Assembly (NCBI GenBank): GCA_010093815.1
Contig: ML996571.1
Source: Pseudovirgaria hyperparasitica
Lineage: Eukaryota
Direction: 5' to 3' (one strand)
Length of the DNA stretch: 64,000 bases
Shown here piece by piece: positions 37,243 through 47,737 of the stretch. The position numbers were made by a program, and so were the translations under genes. How positions within the stretch are numbered: the stretch's first letter is position 1; every line of letters starts with the position of its first letter. The notes under the pieces are model-generated. The model did not search any database. It worked only from the letters and a program-made list of their open reading frames with translations, and had not been told where the DNA came from.

Positions 37243-39491
37243 TCATCCAACCTTTGCCACAATCTTCTCAGTCTCAGTCTCCGTTGGCGTCACATCCCCA
37301 CTACTCTCCTCCGCCTGTCCGACCAAACTAGTCCTTCTGGGAGGTCCTTGGCCCTTCAAATCTTTCACAATCGCCTTGAATGTACGTGCCATAGTATGTC
37401 TTCCCTCCCACAATGGGTACAGGCCCACTGCGAACGAGCTACAGAAGATCCACAGTATCCCAACAACAACCCAGCCGGTGAAGAATTTCTTGCTGAAAAC
37501 ATACCCAGACCCGTACATCGGCATCGGCCATAGTATGAGGAGTGCGAGTGTCATTGTTACGGTCATGATGCGTGCGATGCGAGAGCTCTTCTTAAGCTTG
37601 GCTTGCTCAACTGCATCGTCGTCGTCGCGGTGCGACTCGCCGGGTACAAGTTCGAGATCCACGTTTGCCGCGGCGGCAAGGTCAGTGTCGTCGCCCTTGC
37701 GGATTGCGCGCATGCTGAGCCAATCGTAACTGTCCTTTCCGAGCGCATACGTCAGGACTGGGATGAAGATCATAGGAGACAACAGGGCGACGACATTGCC
37801 GGCCAGCATCGGGTTATTAGCGCCTGTGGTATCGACGGTGAGAACACCGCCCTCCTTCTTCGCTGTCACGAGCCACGCGATCAGGCTGCACACGAGGCCG
37901 AGAGGCGGCGATAGCGTCGCGGCGTACCAGTTCTGGCGCGACCAGAGCAGGGTAAGAGAGGCGGGGAGAACTGCGGAGCTGATAATGACTCCCATGAGGA
38001 GATATAGATAGCCCATTGAAATACCGATATAGTACAGCGCAGTACTGAAACTTGCCATCACAATAGCGAAGCCGACAACGCACGAGTGCGACATGTAGAT
38101 CAGTTGCTTACCAGTTGCTTTCGGGTTAATGTATGTCTGGTAGAAATCATACGTGAAGATTGACGAGACGGCAATCAGCTCGGCAGACATGGCGGAGGTG
38201 ACAGCCATAAAGATGAGGAGGAGGGTACCTGCGGCGCCACCTTTACCTAGGAGAGCGACAGCTGCGTTGGGCAGGACAAGACCGGCTGAGACGTCAGCGT
38301 GTGGCATGCGGTCCGGGTAGGTCGGGAAGACCGGGTTGTTTTCGAGAGCGAGAGCCGCGAGTCCCATTGTCGTGGCGCAGAGCCAGGGGATAGCGAACCA
38401 GGAGAGGCCACCCATGATGTATCCCGGAAGAGCGTGAACTGGGGAAGCAGCAATGGCTTTATTGTAGTATCCTGAGCGTTGTCAGTGATGTAAATAATGA
38501 GGTTGGGATGGACGGACCGTTGTCGCAGAAGACCGTGCCGAAGTTGCCGACGATGTTGATGACAAAGAAGATGGCACCTTCTTTAGAGCGCATGGTGAGA
38601 TAACTTCCCTCGGCATTTCCCTCTACTGGATGGCGAGCTGCTGCTTGCTGGAGAAGATCGTATACTTTGCTGGGAGAACCCAAAACATCAGAGGTGGCGT
38701 AGGTCGTAAAGGCGAATGTCAGAATTATGATCAGAATGACCACAGTATGAGCATAGTCGGTCAAAAAAGTGGCCTTTATTCCACCGAACATGGTGTAAAG
38801 TACAACACCGACTGGCAGCAAGAAGCAGGCAGCAGCAGTTGGAACACCTGTCAAAGATGTAACCACTGCGGAACCTCCTGTGAGAAGCATCGCAGTGACC
38901 AAGATATTGGTCATCAATCCAAATACCTGCTCGGGAATCAGTTTTTGTACTATTTATATGATAATAGACAGATCTGACCATGAATACAGTGTGTGTGATA
39001 GCTCCATATCGAGCTCTGATGACTTCGAGAAACGTATGGGCATTAGGCGCTCGACGTTTCAGTTCGATTGCGAGTGCTATAATATGTCAGATATTACATT
39101 CCTGAGACTTGACAGCAGGAGCTTACTAGCAAATAAGATGATCTGAACAGTCGCTCCTGAGGCATACCAGAACGGACCAGACACACCGTAATTGTATGCC
39201 ACACCAGATGACTGGAGCAATGTAGCAGCCCACGTCCAAGAAGACACCACGGCGGACGCGACAAGGCCGGACTTCACAGTTCGTCCAGCTGTGCTAAACA
39301 TCTCACTTGTCTGTACCTCATAGTTGTATCTATTTACCGTCAGGCAAAACGAACTTGTCGTATCGCGATGATGTCTCTCACCTCTTTAAGACGAATGTCG
39401 TCAATATCATGCCAAACGCAAAAGCGAAGCCAAGGCCAATGATGACTCCATAGCCAGTGCCCTGACTCAGTGGAGGACCTGCGGAGACCAT
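37243..39491 (-). CDS. DUR3: Urea/polyamine active transporter (sodium:solute symporter family), 5 exons
   Basis: [66 protein letters not shown] and [17 protein letters not shown]. Four GT-AG introns restore the frame. Confidence 0.95.
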
Positions 39492-39671
39492 AATGCCTGG
39501 GTTTGATATAGCAGCTGATCCCTCGTCTCTCCAGATTCCACAAAGATGGATCAAAGTCGATGCTGTTGGGAGAAGCTCGATATAAGTCTTTAATAGGTAT
39601 GATTGCTGATTCGGCCGAGTGCTGGGACTCGAGTATTGACGGATGGTGGTGGAATGATTCTGGGCAGCAAC

Positions 39672-39726
39672 TGATAAGGATCCCGTTCTGGCTTAGCCTG
39701 AATGTTGCTTTCTGGGCCCTGATAAG
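39672..39726. promoter_or_regulatory. Paired TGATAAG (HGATAR) sites upstream of DUR3, candidate AreA/Nit2 nitrogen-regulation sites
   Basis: TGATAAG at 39672-39678 and 39720-39726, 180-235 bp upstream of the DUR3 ATG. Urea transporters are established GATA-factor targets. Confidence 0.55.
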
Positions 39727-40428
39727 CAGATTCCAAAGCGTAATTTGACGTTTCGCATGGCTGTTAAGGCTATGGAACCACTCATAACATCGATTTCTCG
39801 TCGAAATTCGTGGAGAGTCCATCCCGTCTTGAATGTGAGATATACGAGATGGCGCGAAAAATGGCCATTCACTCGTAGGCAGCTAAAGCAGGTCGCGGAC
39901 TATCCCACTAGAAAAAGCATGCTCGGAGTCTGGATTCTAAACTGGCCAACCCCAAGAGATAGCGAAGTCGCTGTCTTTGGCGTGCCGGACACTGATTACT
40001 CGATGGCATTATATTTTTGTAGCAGAATCATCACTGTATCATTTGCCTGCTTTTCTGTGGCGCTGGGAGATCGGAGACGTTGGCTTAAGCTGCGGGACGC
40101 TACCAAGGTAGTAGGCGGGCGCGGGACACCCGCTGTGCCGCCTCCAATTGGCTGCGTCACCCTTATCTATAACGACAATTCAACACCTTATGTATGTATT
40201 TACTTATCTACCCAACCGTCCGTGACACTTAAAATATCATTCTGTATGGCCTAGAACAGCGACGAACCCGGTTTACTTTTGATTGCACTTCAAGCTAGTA
40301 CTCTTTGCAATTGGGCTCAATGGTATTTACATGAGCGCTCAAGTTAAACGTTTCAGGGTAAGTCTACTGCTCACATCAGGCGTCCTATAGCAAAAGGATA
40401 TATAATTTTCTCAATTATCCATTCCAAC

Positions 40429-40547
40429 ACATTCGGCCATACCAACCAGAAAGCAAGCGGTCCCGTTCGCTCCCGCCTATTTAAGCTGGTTAGGGGCGGA
40501 TTAGTAGTTAGGTGGGTGACCACTAGCGAATACCCACTGCTGAATGT
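40429..40547 (+). rRNA. Dispersed 5S rRNA gene (divergent isotype)
   Basis: 119 nt ACATTCGGCCATAC...TTAAGC...TTAGTAGTTAGGTGGGTGACCACTAGCGAATA...GCTGAATGT. 5' and 3' ends pair (helix I). TATA ~30 bp upstream and T-runs downstream. Confidence 0.93.
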
Positions 40548-41178
40548 TTTGTGTTTTTGTCCTTGAACCTTCGTCATCATGTTTCTTTTTCTCTATCAGG
40601 GGGCAAAGTTACGGATCAAGTCTCTGCAAGCACGTTCTTGAGTATACGGCTGACGCCAAGTAAGCGGGGATTCTTGCTACAGTAGCAACCACACCCTGCT
40701 TAGCTACATGTAGGAAGACTAATGAGCTGAGGTCTTGCGGTGTAGCAACTAGCTATATACATTGAATTAGATCATTTCCATCACGCGTCGCTAGCGATCC
40801 CGTACAGATGTACATCATTCAGGTGAGGTATGTGGATACCTAAGTCGTTAGTCTCCTGCATAGTTATTAATGGTGGCTTTTACAATTGCAAATGGAGCTG
40901 AATATGGATCAAAAAAACCATTATTCACCGCTTGGGCAGAGATTTTAATTTGGATTACATGTTCGAACCATGGTGGAATGGAGCTTCCATACGACTGATG
41001 CGAAGACCTGTAGTTCGACAAATGATGAGTATATAAAGCCGACCGGATGGCCTCCATCATCCTCCAGAGCCTCCATCATTGTCCACTATCCAATAGCTCT
41101 GCATCCTAGACCTTGCAATCCTCCCGAAAAGAATCGAAATCCTTTTCCAAGCCAGCCAATACGCCTCCTACATCCGTC

Positions 41179-41742
41179 ATGCCCACCATCGACGACTACG
41201 TAACCTCGGCCCTCCAGGCCCGCGCCGCACTCCGGTACAACAAAGCGGACGAGAAAGCCCTTCTCAACCTGCGCAAAGCGCTCTACAGAGCCCACCAACT
41301 ACTCAATATCGCACACGACGTCACTGAGGCAACCGAGGACGACCTTCTCCAGTATCACATCGAGCTGCCATGGGCCTACAGCAGCGCCGTCGGCAACCCG
41401 GCCGTACCCGGCGACTGCGCACAGATGGGCGCCGACCATTACAGCGCGCTGTGCCAGGAGCTGTACGACGCCTTCTCCAATCCCGGTAAGGATACGCTAG
41501 TGAGCGACACGGCGTTTGGGGAGAAGGTGATCCATATTACGAATAATGTGGCGAATTATACGCTCGTTACTGCGGATGTGGTGAAGCGCACTGGGAGGAA
41601 AAATGCTCCGCGAGGGCAGATTGCGGCGCTGGCGTGGGCTTGTACGAATTCGATGAGTAAGAGAGGGGAGAAGGCTGTTGAAGATGCGGAGAAGCTGTGG
41701 GTCCAGCGCTGTGGACAGTTCACGAAGGAGGAGATTGTTTGA
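41179..41742 (+). CDS. Hypothetical 187-aa intronless protein
   Basis: Open frame with coding-like codon usage, ATG in GTCATG context, TATATAAA at ~41030. No family recognised. Confidence 0.7.
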   Translation: MPTIDDYVTSALQARAALRYNKADEKALLNLRKALYRAHQLLNIAHDVTEATEDDLLQYHIELPWAYSSAVGNPAVPGDCAQMGADHYSALCQELYDAFSNPGKDTLVSDTAFGEKVIHITNNVANYTLVTADVVKRTGRKNAPRGQIAALAWACTNSMSKRGEKAVEDAEKLWVQRCGQFTKEEIV

Positions 41743-41863
41743 GTTGAGAGAGAGGAGCACGGCGTTGTAGTGACCGAGCTGGACAATGGATCGCCACAGG
41801 AATTCTTCGTATTGAGAAACACAGTAACGCTCGTTCGTATAGTTGAAGCTGGATGACGCAACA

Positions 41864-42652
41864 TCATGAAATGCCAGTGCGCTGCAACAAAGTAGTCACA
41901 GTGACGACTTTATACCCTTGTCTTTTGATTTCCGGTAGTATCTCACGCAGCATAGGTGCCGTCCAACTTCGCCGGTCATGGCAGATTATGATAGCGCCTG
42001 GTCGTAACATGCTTAGAATGTGTTTCGCGTTCACGTGTGAATACGGAATTTGTGGATCGTGTGGATAGATGGATCCGAGCACCAGACGATAATCAAGATT
42101 CTTCAGTATGTTCCGCATTTTCGAGCTGAAGAATCCGGAGCCAGGGCGAAAGTATTTCGGTGGCAAAGGAACTTTGGCAGAAGTATAAGCCTCATTGATT
42201 CTTTCTTCGACTGTGTGGATCTGCTCCACGAGTGTCCCATCATCGAGAGACCGTGACGGCTCATCCCGCATGGCATGATTGCCTAGCTCGTTATCGTTCC
42301 AAATGACGTTCCGCAATATGTTCTCGCGACCAGAGACTTGAGAGCCGATGACGAAGAATGTGGCTGTGGCATCATTGTTATTCAGAGCATCTAAGATCTC
42401 AGATGTGTACTCTGAAGGTGCATCATCGATAGTCAAGGCCACGATTTTTTGTGTCGTCGAGACTTCCCAAAGAACGTCCGGCCAGTGATATCGAAAGTAG
42501 TGGATTAGTGCAGCCGGAGGTTTGTAGACGATGTATGCCAGCGGTATAAGTACTCCCCAGATTATTCCAATAGCTAAGAGAAGCATAACAAGAAATCCCA
42601 AGGGTCTTCGTCTTTTTGTAAGTCTCCGCAAGTAATAAGAGGTACGTGGCAT
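41864..42652 (-). CDS. NodB/CE4 polysaccharide deacetylase with N-terminal membrane anchor
   Basis: VALTIDDAP, ATATFFVIG, ELGNH, FRPGSG, GAIIICHD motifs. Confidence 0.88.
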   Translation of the reverse strand: MPRTSYYLRRLTKRRRPLGFLVMLLLAIGIIWGVLIPLAYIVYKPPAALIHYFRYHWPDVLWEVSTTQKIVALTIDDAPSEYTSEILDALNNNDATATFFVIGSQVSGRENILRNVIWNDNELGNHAMRDEPSRSLDDGTLVEQIHTVEERINEAYTSAKVPLPPKYFRPGSGFFSSKMRNILKNLDYRLVLGSIYPHDPQIPYSHVNAKHILSMLRPGAIIICHDRRSWTAPMLREILPEIKRQGYKVVTVTTLLQRTGIS

Positions 42653-43259
42653 TGGCGATTACTACTCCTTTTCTAGCTCTTCGGGCGTGACTTCTCAATC
42701 CTTCTCACAACAGCCCGACTTGCTTGGATAAGCTTTATCGCATAACTCCAGATCTGTAGACACGAGATGCGGTCGACTGGTGGTCACGTCGGTGGCTGCA
42801 ATGATGGGCCACGTTCCTGTGGTTAGAGCGGGATTATCTGATGTTGATTCGAAGAACTAGGCCCACGTTCTGAACGTGTGGTCGAATGATACTGCCTCAG
42901 GCAGCTGCGGCCGGGTCAGGCTTCAGGGGTTTTCTCTATAGGCGCTAAGCCCCACGTGGATGGAGAAGATCCCAGGGTCACTCATCCTGCCGGCCAGTTC
43001 TCTAATATTCACTTACACACACTTGCACTTACATTGACACTACTGCCTTCCCACGTGCTTATTAGATTCCTCTTCGTTGGTTGAGTGCCCCACGTTACTT
43101 CGCAGCTACGCATTTCACTCAACTTCTTCGTCAACTTTTCGCAATCTAGAAGCTGGTCCGTGAGAACGTCGCCTGTCGATTCCAAGCGAGGACAAGCATG
43201 TCAAGTTACCGAGCTTAATGTCTGCATAATCCTAGTCGAAGATTGGGGTGTTGAACGGG

Positions 43260-44804
43260 ATGGATTTCCCGAAATCGCGCTCCGGCGCAAGTCGAAAGGA
43301 CTATAAGTACCAACCGCTGAACGGAGATGCTGTACATCAAACACGTCGGACCTCAAGAGCAAGGCCTATCGCCATCATGGTACTCCTAAGCCTTTCTGTC
43401 CTGGCCTTGTTCTATACGACCTCGGTGTGAGTAGCCTTTCGAATTTGCAGTTGCCATGGTGCCTTAACACGATATAGAACGTCAACGCAAGCACCGAAAC
43501 AGTCCTGTGACACGATCGAGCATGGCTACGTGTGCGATCCCAAGATCGCAAAGTTTTGGGGACAATACTCTTTGTACTACAGCGTCCCTTCCGAGATCCC
43601 TGACCAAGTCCCTCCTGGATGTTCCATTACATTTGCGAACATGTTGTCTCGTCACGGGGCTCGTGATCCCTCAGCAAGCAAGACCGCTAAGTACAATGCC
43701 ACAATTGCGAAGCTGAAGAAGAATGTGAAAGAGTACAAAGGAAAATATGCCTTCCTGAAAGACGTTCAATACACTCTGGGTGCTGACGAGCTCACTACAA
43801 TTGGACGTCAACAGTTGGTTAACTCTGGTATCAAATTTCATCGGCGATATGTAAATTTGGCAAAGAACAGCTTGCCTTTTGTTCGAACCGCAGGGCAGAA
43901 CCGTGTAGTCGAGTCAGCACAGAAGTGGATCGAAGGATATGCCTCGGAGCAACCACACCAAGCTTCTCCAGCTCTCTCGGTCATCATACCAGAAGAGCGA
44001 GGCGTAAATAACACCCTGTCGCACGGAGGATGCTATGAATTCGAAGACGGCGCTGCCTCAGAGATTGGGGATGATAACAAAGCTGTCTGGGCCAGCGTCT
44101 TTCTACCACCGATCCAAGCGCGCCTCAACAAGGACCTTGCTGGTGCCAATTTCACCCTGGACGAAACTCTTTACATGATGGACTTGTGTCCTTTCGAGAC
44201 GGTTGCTGATCCACAGGGTTCACCTTCGGCTTTTTGTAACCTGTTCACTGAGAACGAGTTCCACCAGTACGACTACTATGAGACTCTCGACAAATGGTAC
44301 GGCTATGGTAACGGTAACCCGTTGGGGCCCACCCAAGGGGTAGGATATGCAAACGAGCTCATTGCACGCCTAACGCGAAGGCCTGTGGTGGATCATACCA
44401 CTACAAACTCGACGCTGGATAATAATGATGCAACGTTCCCCCTGAACCGCACGCTCTACGCAGACTTTTCCCATGATAACGACCTTGCAGGTGTTTATGC
44501 AGCACTTGGCCTCTACAACTCTACTACACAGCTCTCGAATAGTACTCTGCAAGGTACAGATAAAACGAATGGGTACTCGGCCTCTTGGGCTGTGCCTTTT
44601 GGAGCTCGTGCATACTTTGAAAAGATGCAGTGTGCTGGCCAGAAGTCAGAGCTCGTGCGTATAGTGGTGAATGATAGAGTAATACCCCTGAAGACATGTA
44701 ATGCAGACATCTTCGGGAGGTGCACGCTGGATAATTTTGTCAACAGCTTGAGTTTTGCTACATCTGGAGGACGCTGGAATGAATGCGGATCCGCACCAGC
44801 TTAA
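43260..44804 (+). CDS. phyA: 3-phytase / histidine acid phosphatase, 2 exons
   Basis: Catalytic RHGARDP and FSHDN. SCDTIEHGYVC and WGQYS N-terminal motifs. Intron 43427-43477 joins the frames. Confidence 0.9.
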
Positions 44805-45127
44805 AGAAGTAAACGAATAACGAAGCCATCGGTCAGAACCACATTCGAACATATAATTAGAGGAATGAAAAGCACAATAATGTGCCATTGTCTCCACACC
44901 TGTATTACCACAATCGTATGTTTACACCTGCCTGTTTCGCTTGTACGTGATTGGCCGAAGCTCGGTAACCTCGCGTTCCCCGTAACCTCGGTGCACCCCT
45001 CAGCATTGAAAGCTCTACAAGGTTGTCGTCCTCAAATTCAAATTGATATACAATTACCTTCCAATTCCCCTCCGAACCAGACCCTCCCCTCCGTACGAAC
45101 ATATCTACACTCTACCCACCCCTCAAT

Positions 45128-46232
45128 ATGCCCGACATCCGCGCGCACCCCTCCATCGCCCTCCCGGACTCCTATGCCTCGCTGCCATTCACACAGATCA
45201 AACTCTCCCACCACCCCGCGTCCTCGACCGAAGTAACCCCAATCATCATACTCACCTTATACCGCCCGAAAAACTACAATGCATTCACTCCTATCATGCG
45301 CGACGAGATCGTCCAGGCCTATAAATACTTTGACGCCGACCAGCGCGTAAAGTGCATCGTATTCACAGGCCACGGCCGCATGTTCTGCGCAGGCGCGGAT
45401 CTGGACGCTGGCTTTAGTAAGACGGGCAGGGCTGCAGATCACCGGGATGGGTACGTTCGCTCCTAGCCGGACTAACAATAAAGAATAAGGCCGAGCTGCT
45501 TGGTAGAGGTACCGTATGAGAGGGCTGTGCTAATATGTTGTACGTATACAGAGGCGGCCAAACCGCGCTCGCCATCCACCACTGCCAGAAGCCCACCATT
45601 GGCGCCATGCAAGGCCCCGCTGTCGGCGTCGGCGTCACCATGACACTGCCCATGTCCATCCGTGTGGCGCTGAAATCAGCGAAAATGGGGCTTGTATTTG
45701 CGCGCCGTGGAATCGTCATGGAGGCTGCAAGCTCGTTTTTCTTGCCTCGCCTAATTGGGTATTCGCGCGCGCTGCACCTTGTTACCACGGGTGGGGTGTA
45801 TCGTGCGGACGATAAACTGTTTGATGGGCTGTTTACAGAGCTGTGTGATACGCCGGAGGAGGTACTGCAGAAGGCATTAGGGATTGCTGAGGAGGTGGCG
45901 AGGAACACGAGTAGTGTGAGTACGTATCTGCAGAGGGAGATGATGTGGAGGGATATGGGGAGTGCCGAGGGACAGCATTTGTTGGATTCAAGGATTCTAT
46001 ATGATTTGTTCGGGAGCGAGTAAGTCTTTCTGCTGCTGCGAAGGTGCGTTATATCTTGCTAATGACAAAAAGGGATAATGATGAAGGTGTCAAGTCCTTC
46101 ATGGAGAAGAGGCAGGCGAAGTATCAGGGTACGATGGAGAGTAATGCACCTCAGGTGTATCCGTGGTGGTCTCCAATCGATGTGTTCTCGAAGGCAAAGG
46201 CGACCAAACAGCTCGGCAAAGCAAAGCTATAA
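45128..46232 (+). CDS. Enoyl-CoA hydratase/isomerase (crotonase family) with C-terminal PTS1 (AKL), 3 exons
   Basis: LYRPKNYNAFT, FCAGADL, KPTIGAMQGPAVGVG, FARRGIVMEAASSFFLPRLIG. Ends GKAKL. Confidence 0.92.
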
Positions 46233-46440
46233 GAACAGGCGTGCAACTTTCAGATGTCATGTAGTTTCAAAGTTCACACAAGACTCAGTCAGCGGCACAT
46301 AAGCATGCTCAATACAACTTTGAGTTATGGGGCTTTTCATTCGTGTCTAGTTACTCCATGTTCAATATAGAAGTACTGGCAACAGCCCCAATATGCCACA
46401 AATGCCTTGCACCACTTTTCCCCAGTATCCGAAACAGCGC

Positions 46441-47374
46441 TTAGAAGAAAGTTGAGGGTCTCTTGGCAGAGAAGATAGCCTTGGCCTGGTTGGCATGAAC
46501 GCGGTGGGGTAGAGGAAATTTGAGGTCCTTTGTGAGGAGCTGCTTGATGTATGGGCGGCGAATAGATTCGGACTTCTCAACCTCGATGACCTTAAGGATG
46601 TGGATTTGTCGGAAACGAGAGCGGTGGCGGGCAGCCATGTCCTGGTAGAGGGCGTCGACGGCATCTGTCCTGGACATTTCACGGAACTCCTTGTACATGT
46701 TGTGGGTTCCACTGCGCGAATCGTAGCGGATCCAGATACCGAAGTTCTTGACCTTTGTCGGGCGCTTCTCGTGAATCTGTGCATCCTGTGAGTATAGACA
46801 CTTTCATGCTTTAACACGCTGTAGGTACCTCATTCAACGAGACAATCTCGCCGTTGGCCTTCTTGATTTTCTTCAGCTTTCCGAGAAAATACCAGAATCT
46901 TGACTTTGCTACCACGCTGTTGGGGGCGAAGATGCGCATGCGGAAGAGCTTTGGGGTAGGGTTGGCCTCGCTGGGGAGGTGACGGCCCACAACCTGGTAT
47001 TCCTTGACGCGACCTGAGTACCAATGTTAGCCATCATTTCTATATCATAGATACCATCAAGACAATGTCCAGAAATCAGGGTTCGGAGACCGTGTTGGCA
47101 CACGGTTTTGCGTATAGACCACTGTATCAAAGACCCAGGATGTAACTGTGCGCTCTATCTTTCTCTTGCTATGCTTATCGTCTCTCGCAGCTGATGATCG
47201 TGAAGGACGCTTCGAATAGAAAAGCGTCTTGCAGTCCTTTCACATCTCCTACGACTATGATTTGGTACGCTATCTCTGGTATGCGACGATTATTGCGACT
47301 CGTGGTGGTCCTCAGATCTCGGGTATATCAAGGTTCGATGACGATAAGGAAAAGGAGTGGCGAGGCTTACCCAT
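46441..47374 (-). CDS. RPL20: 60S ribosomal protein eL20 (L20/L18a); coding exons 47374-47371, 47013-46829, 46776-46441
   Basis: [45 protein letters not shown]...[22 protein letters not shown]...LKFPLPHRV...RPSTFF. Confidence 0.95.
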
Positions 47375-47737
47375 CTGTATTATGTTAGAGATGGCTAAAA
47401 TCAATCGATTGATGGCTACACTTACTTCGAATAGTTTGTCGTGCTGATGGGGTGTGTGTACTTACTGTCGATAAAGGCTTCGCGAAGTTCGTCAAAGTGT
47501 GTGCTCGCAAACTCGCTTAACCACAACGCTAGTAAAAAACCAATCAAGGGCGCTGATGCCTTCCAGCAAATCGGTGAGACCTCGGCTTCCTGGAACTCTC
47601 AGTGACAAATGTGAACACCATCTTGCCTTGCGAATGTCAACATTCAAAATGGATTGAAGTACTGCGCAGGTGGCTTCTGTCCACGTAACATCATCACACC
47701 GACGGACGCAGTGCAATCATTGCCATGCGAATGCAAA

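Noticed and set aside
36995..37729. 244-aa + strand ORF (and similar long ORFs at 27225-27965, 34978-35463, 62987-63493)
   Set aside because: These are antisense or alternate-frame shadows of codon-biased real genes (DUR3, amidase, MFS, F-box), with no recognisable motifs.
40429..40547. Starship-type giant transposon inserted at the 5S gene
   Set aside because: The 5S copy is full length, no second partial 5S was seen, and there is no tyrosine-recombinase captain-like ORF nearby.
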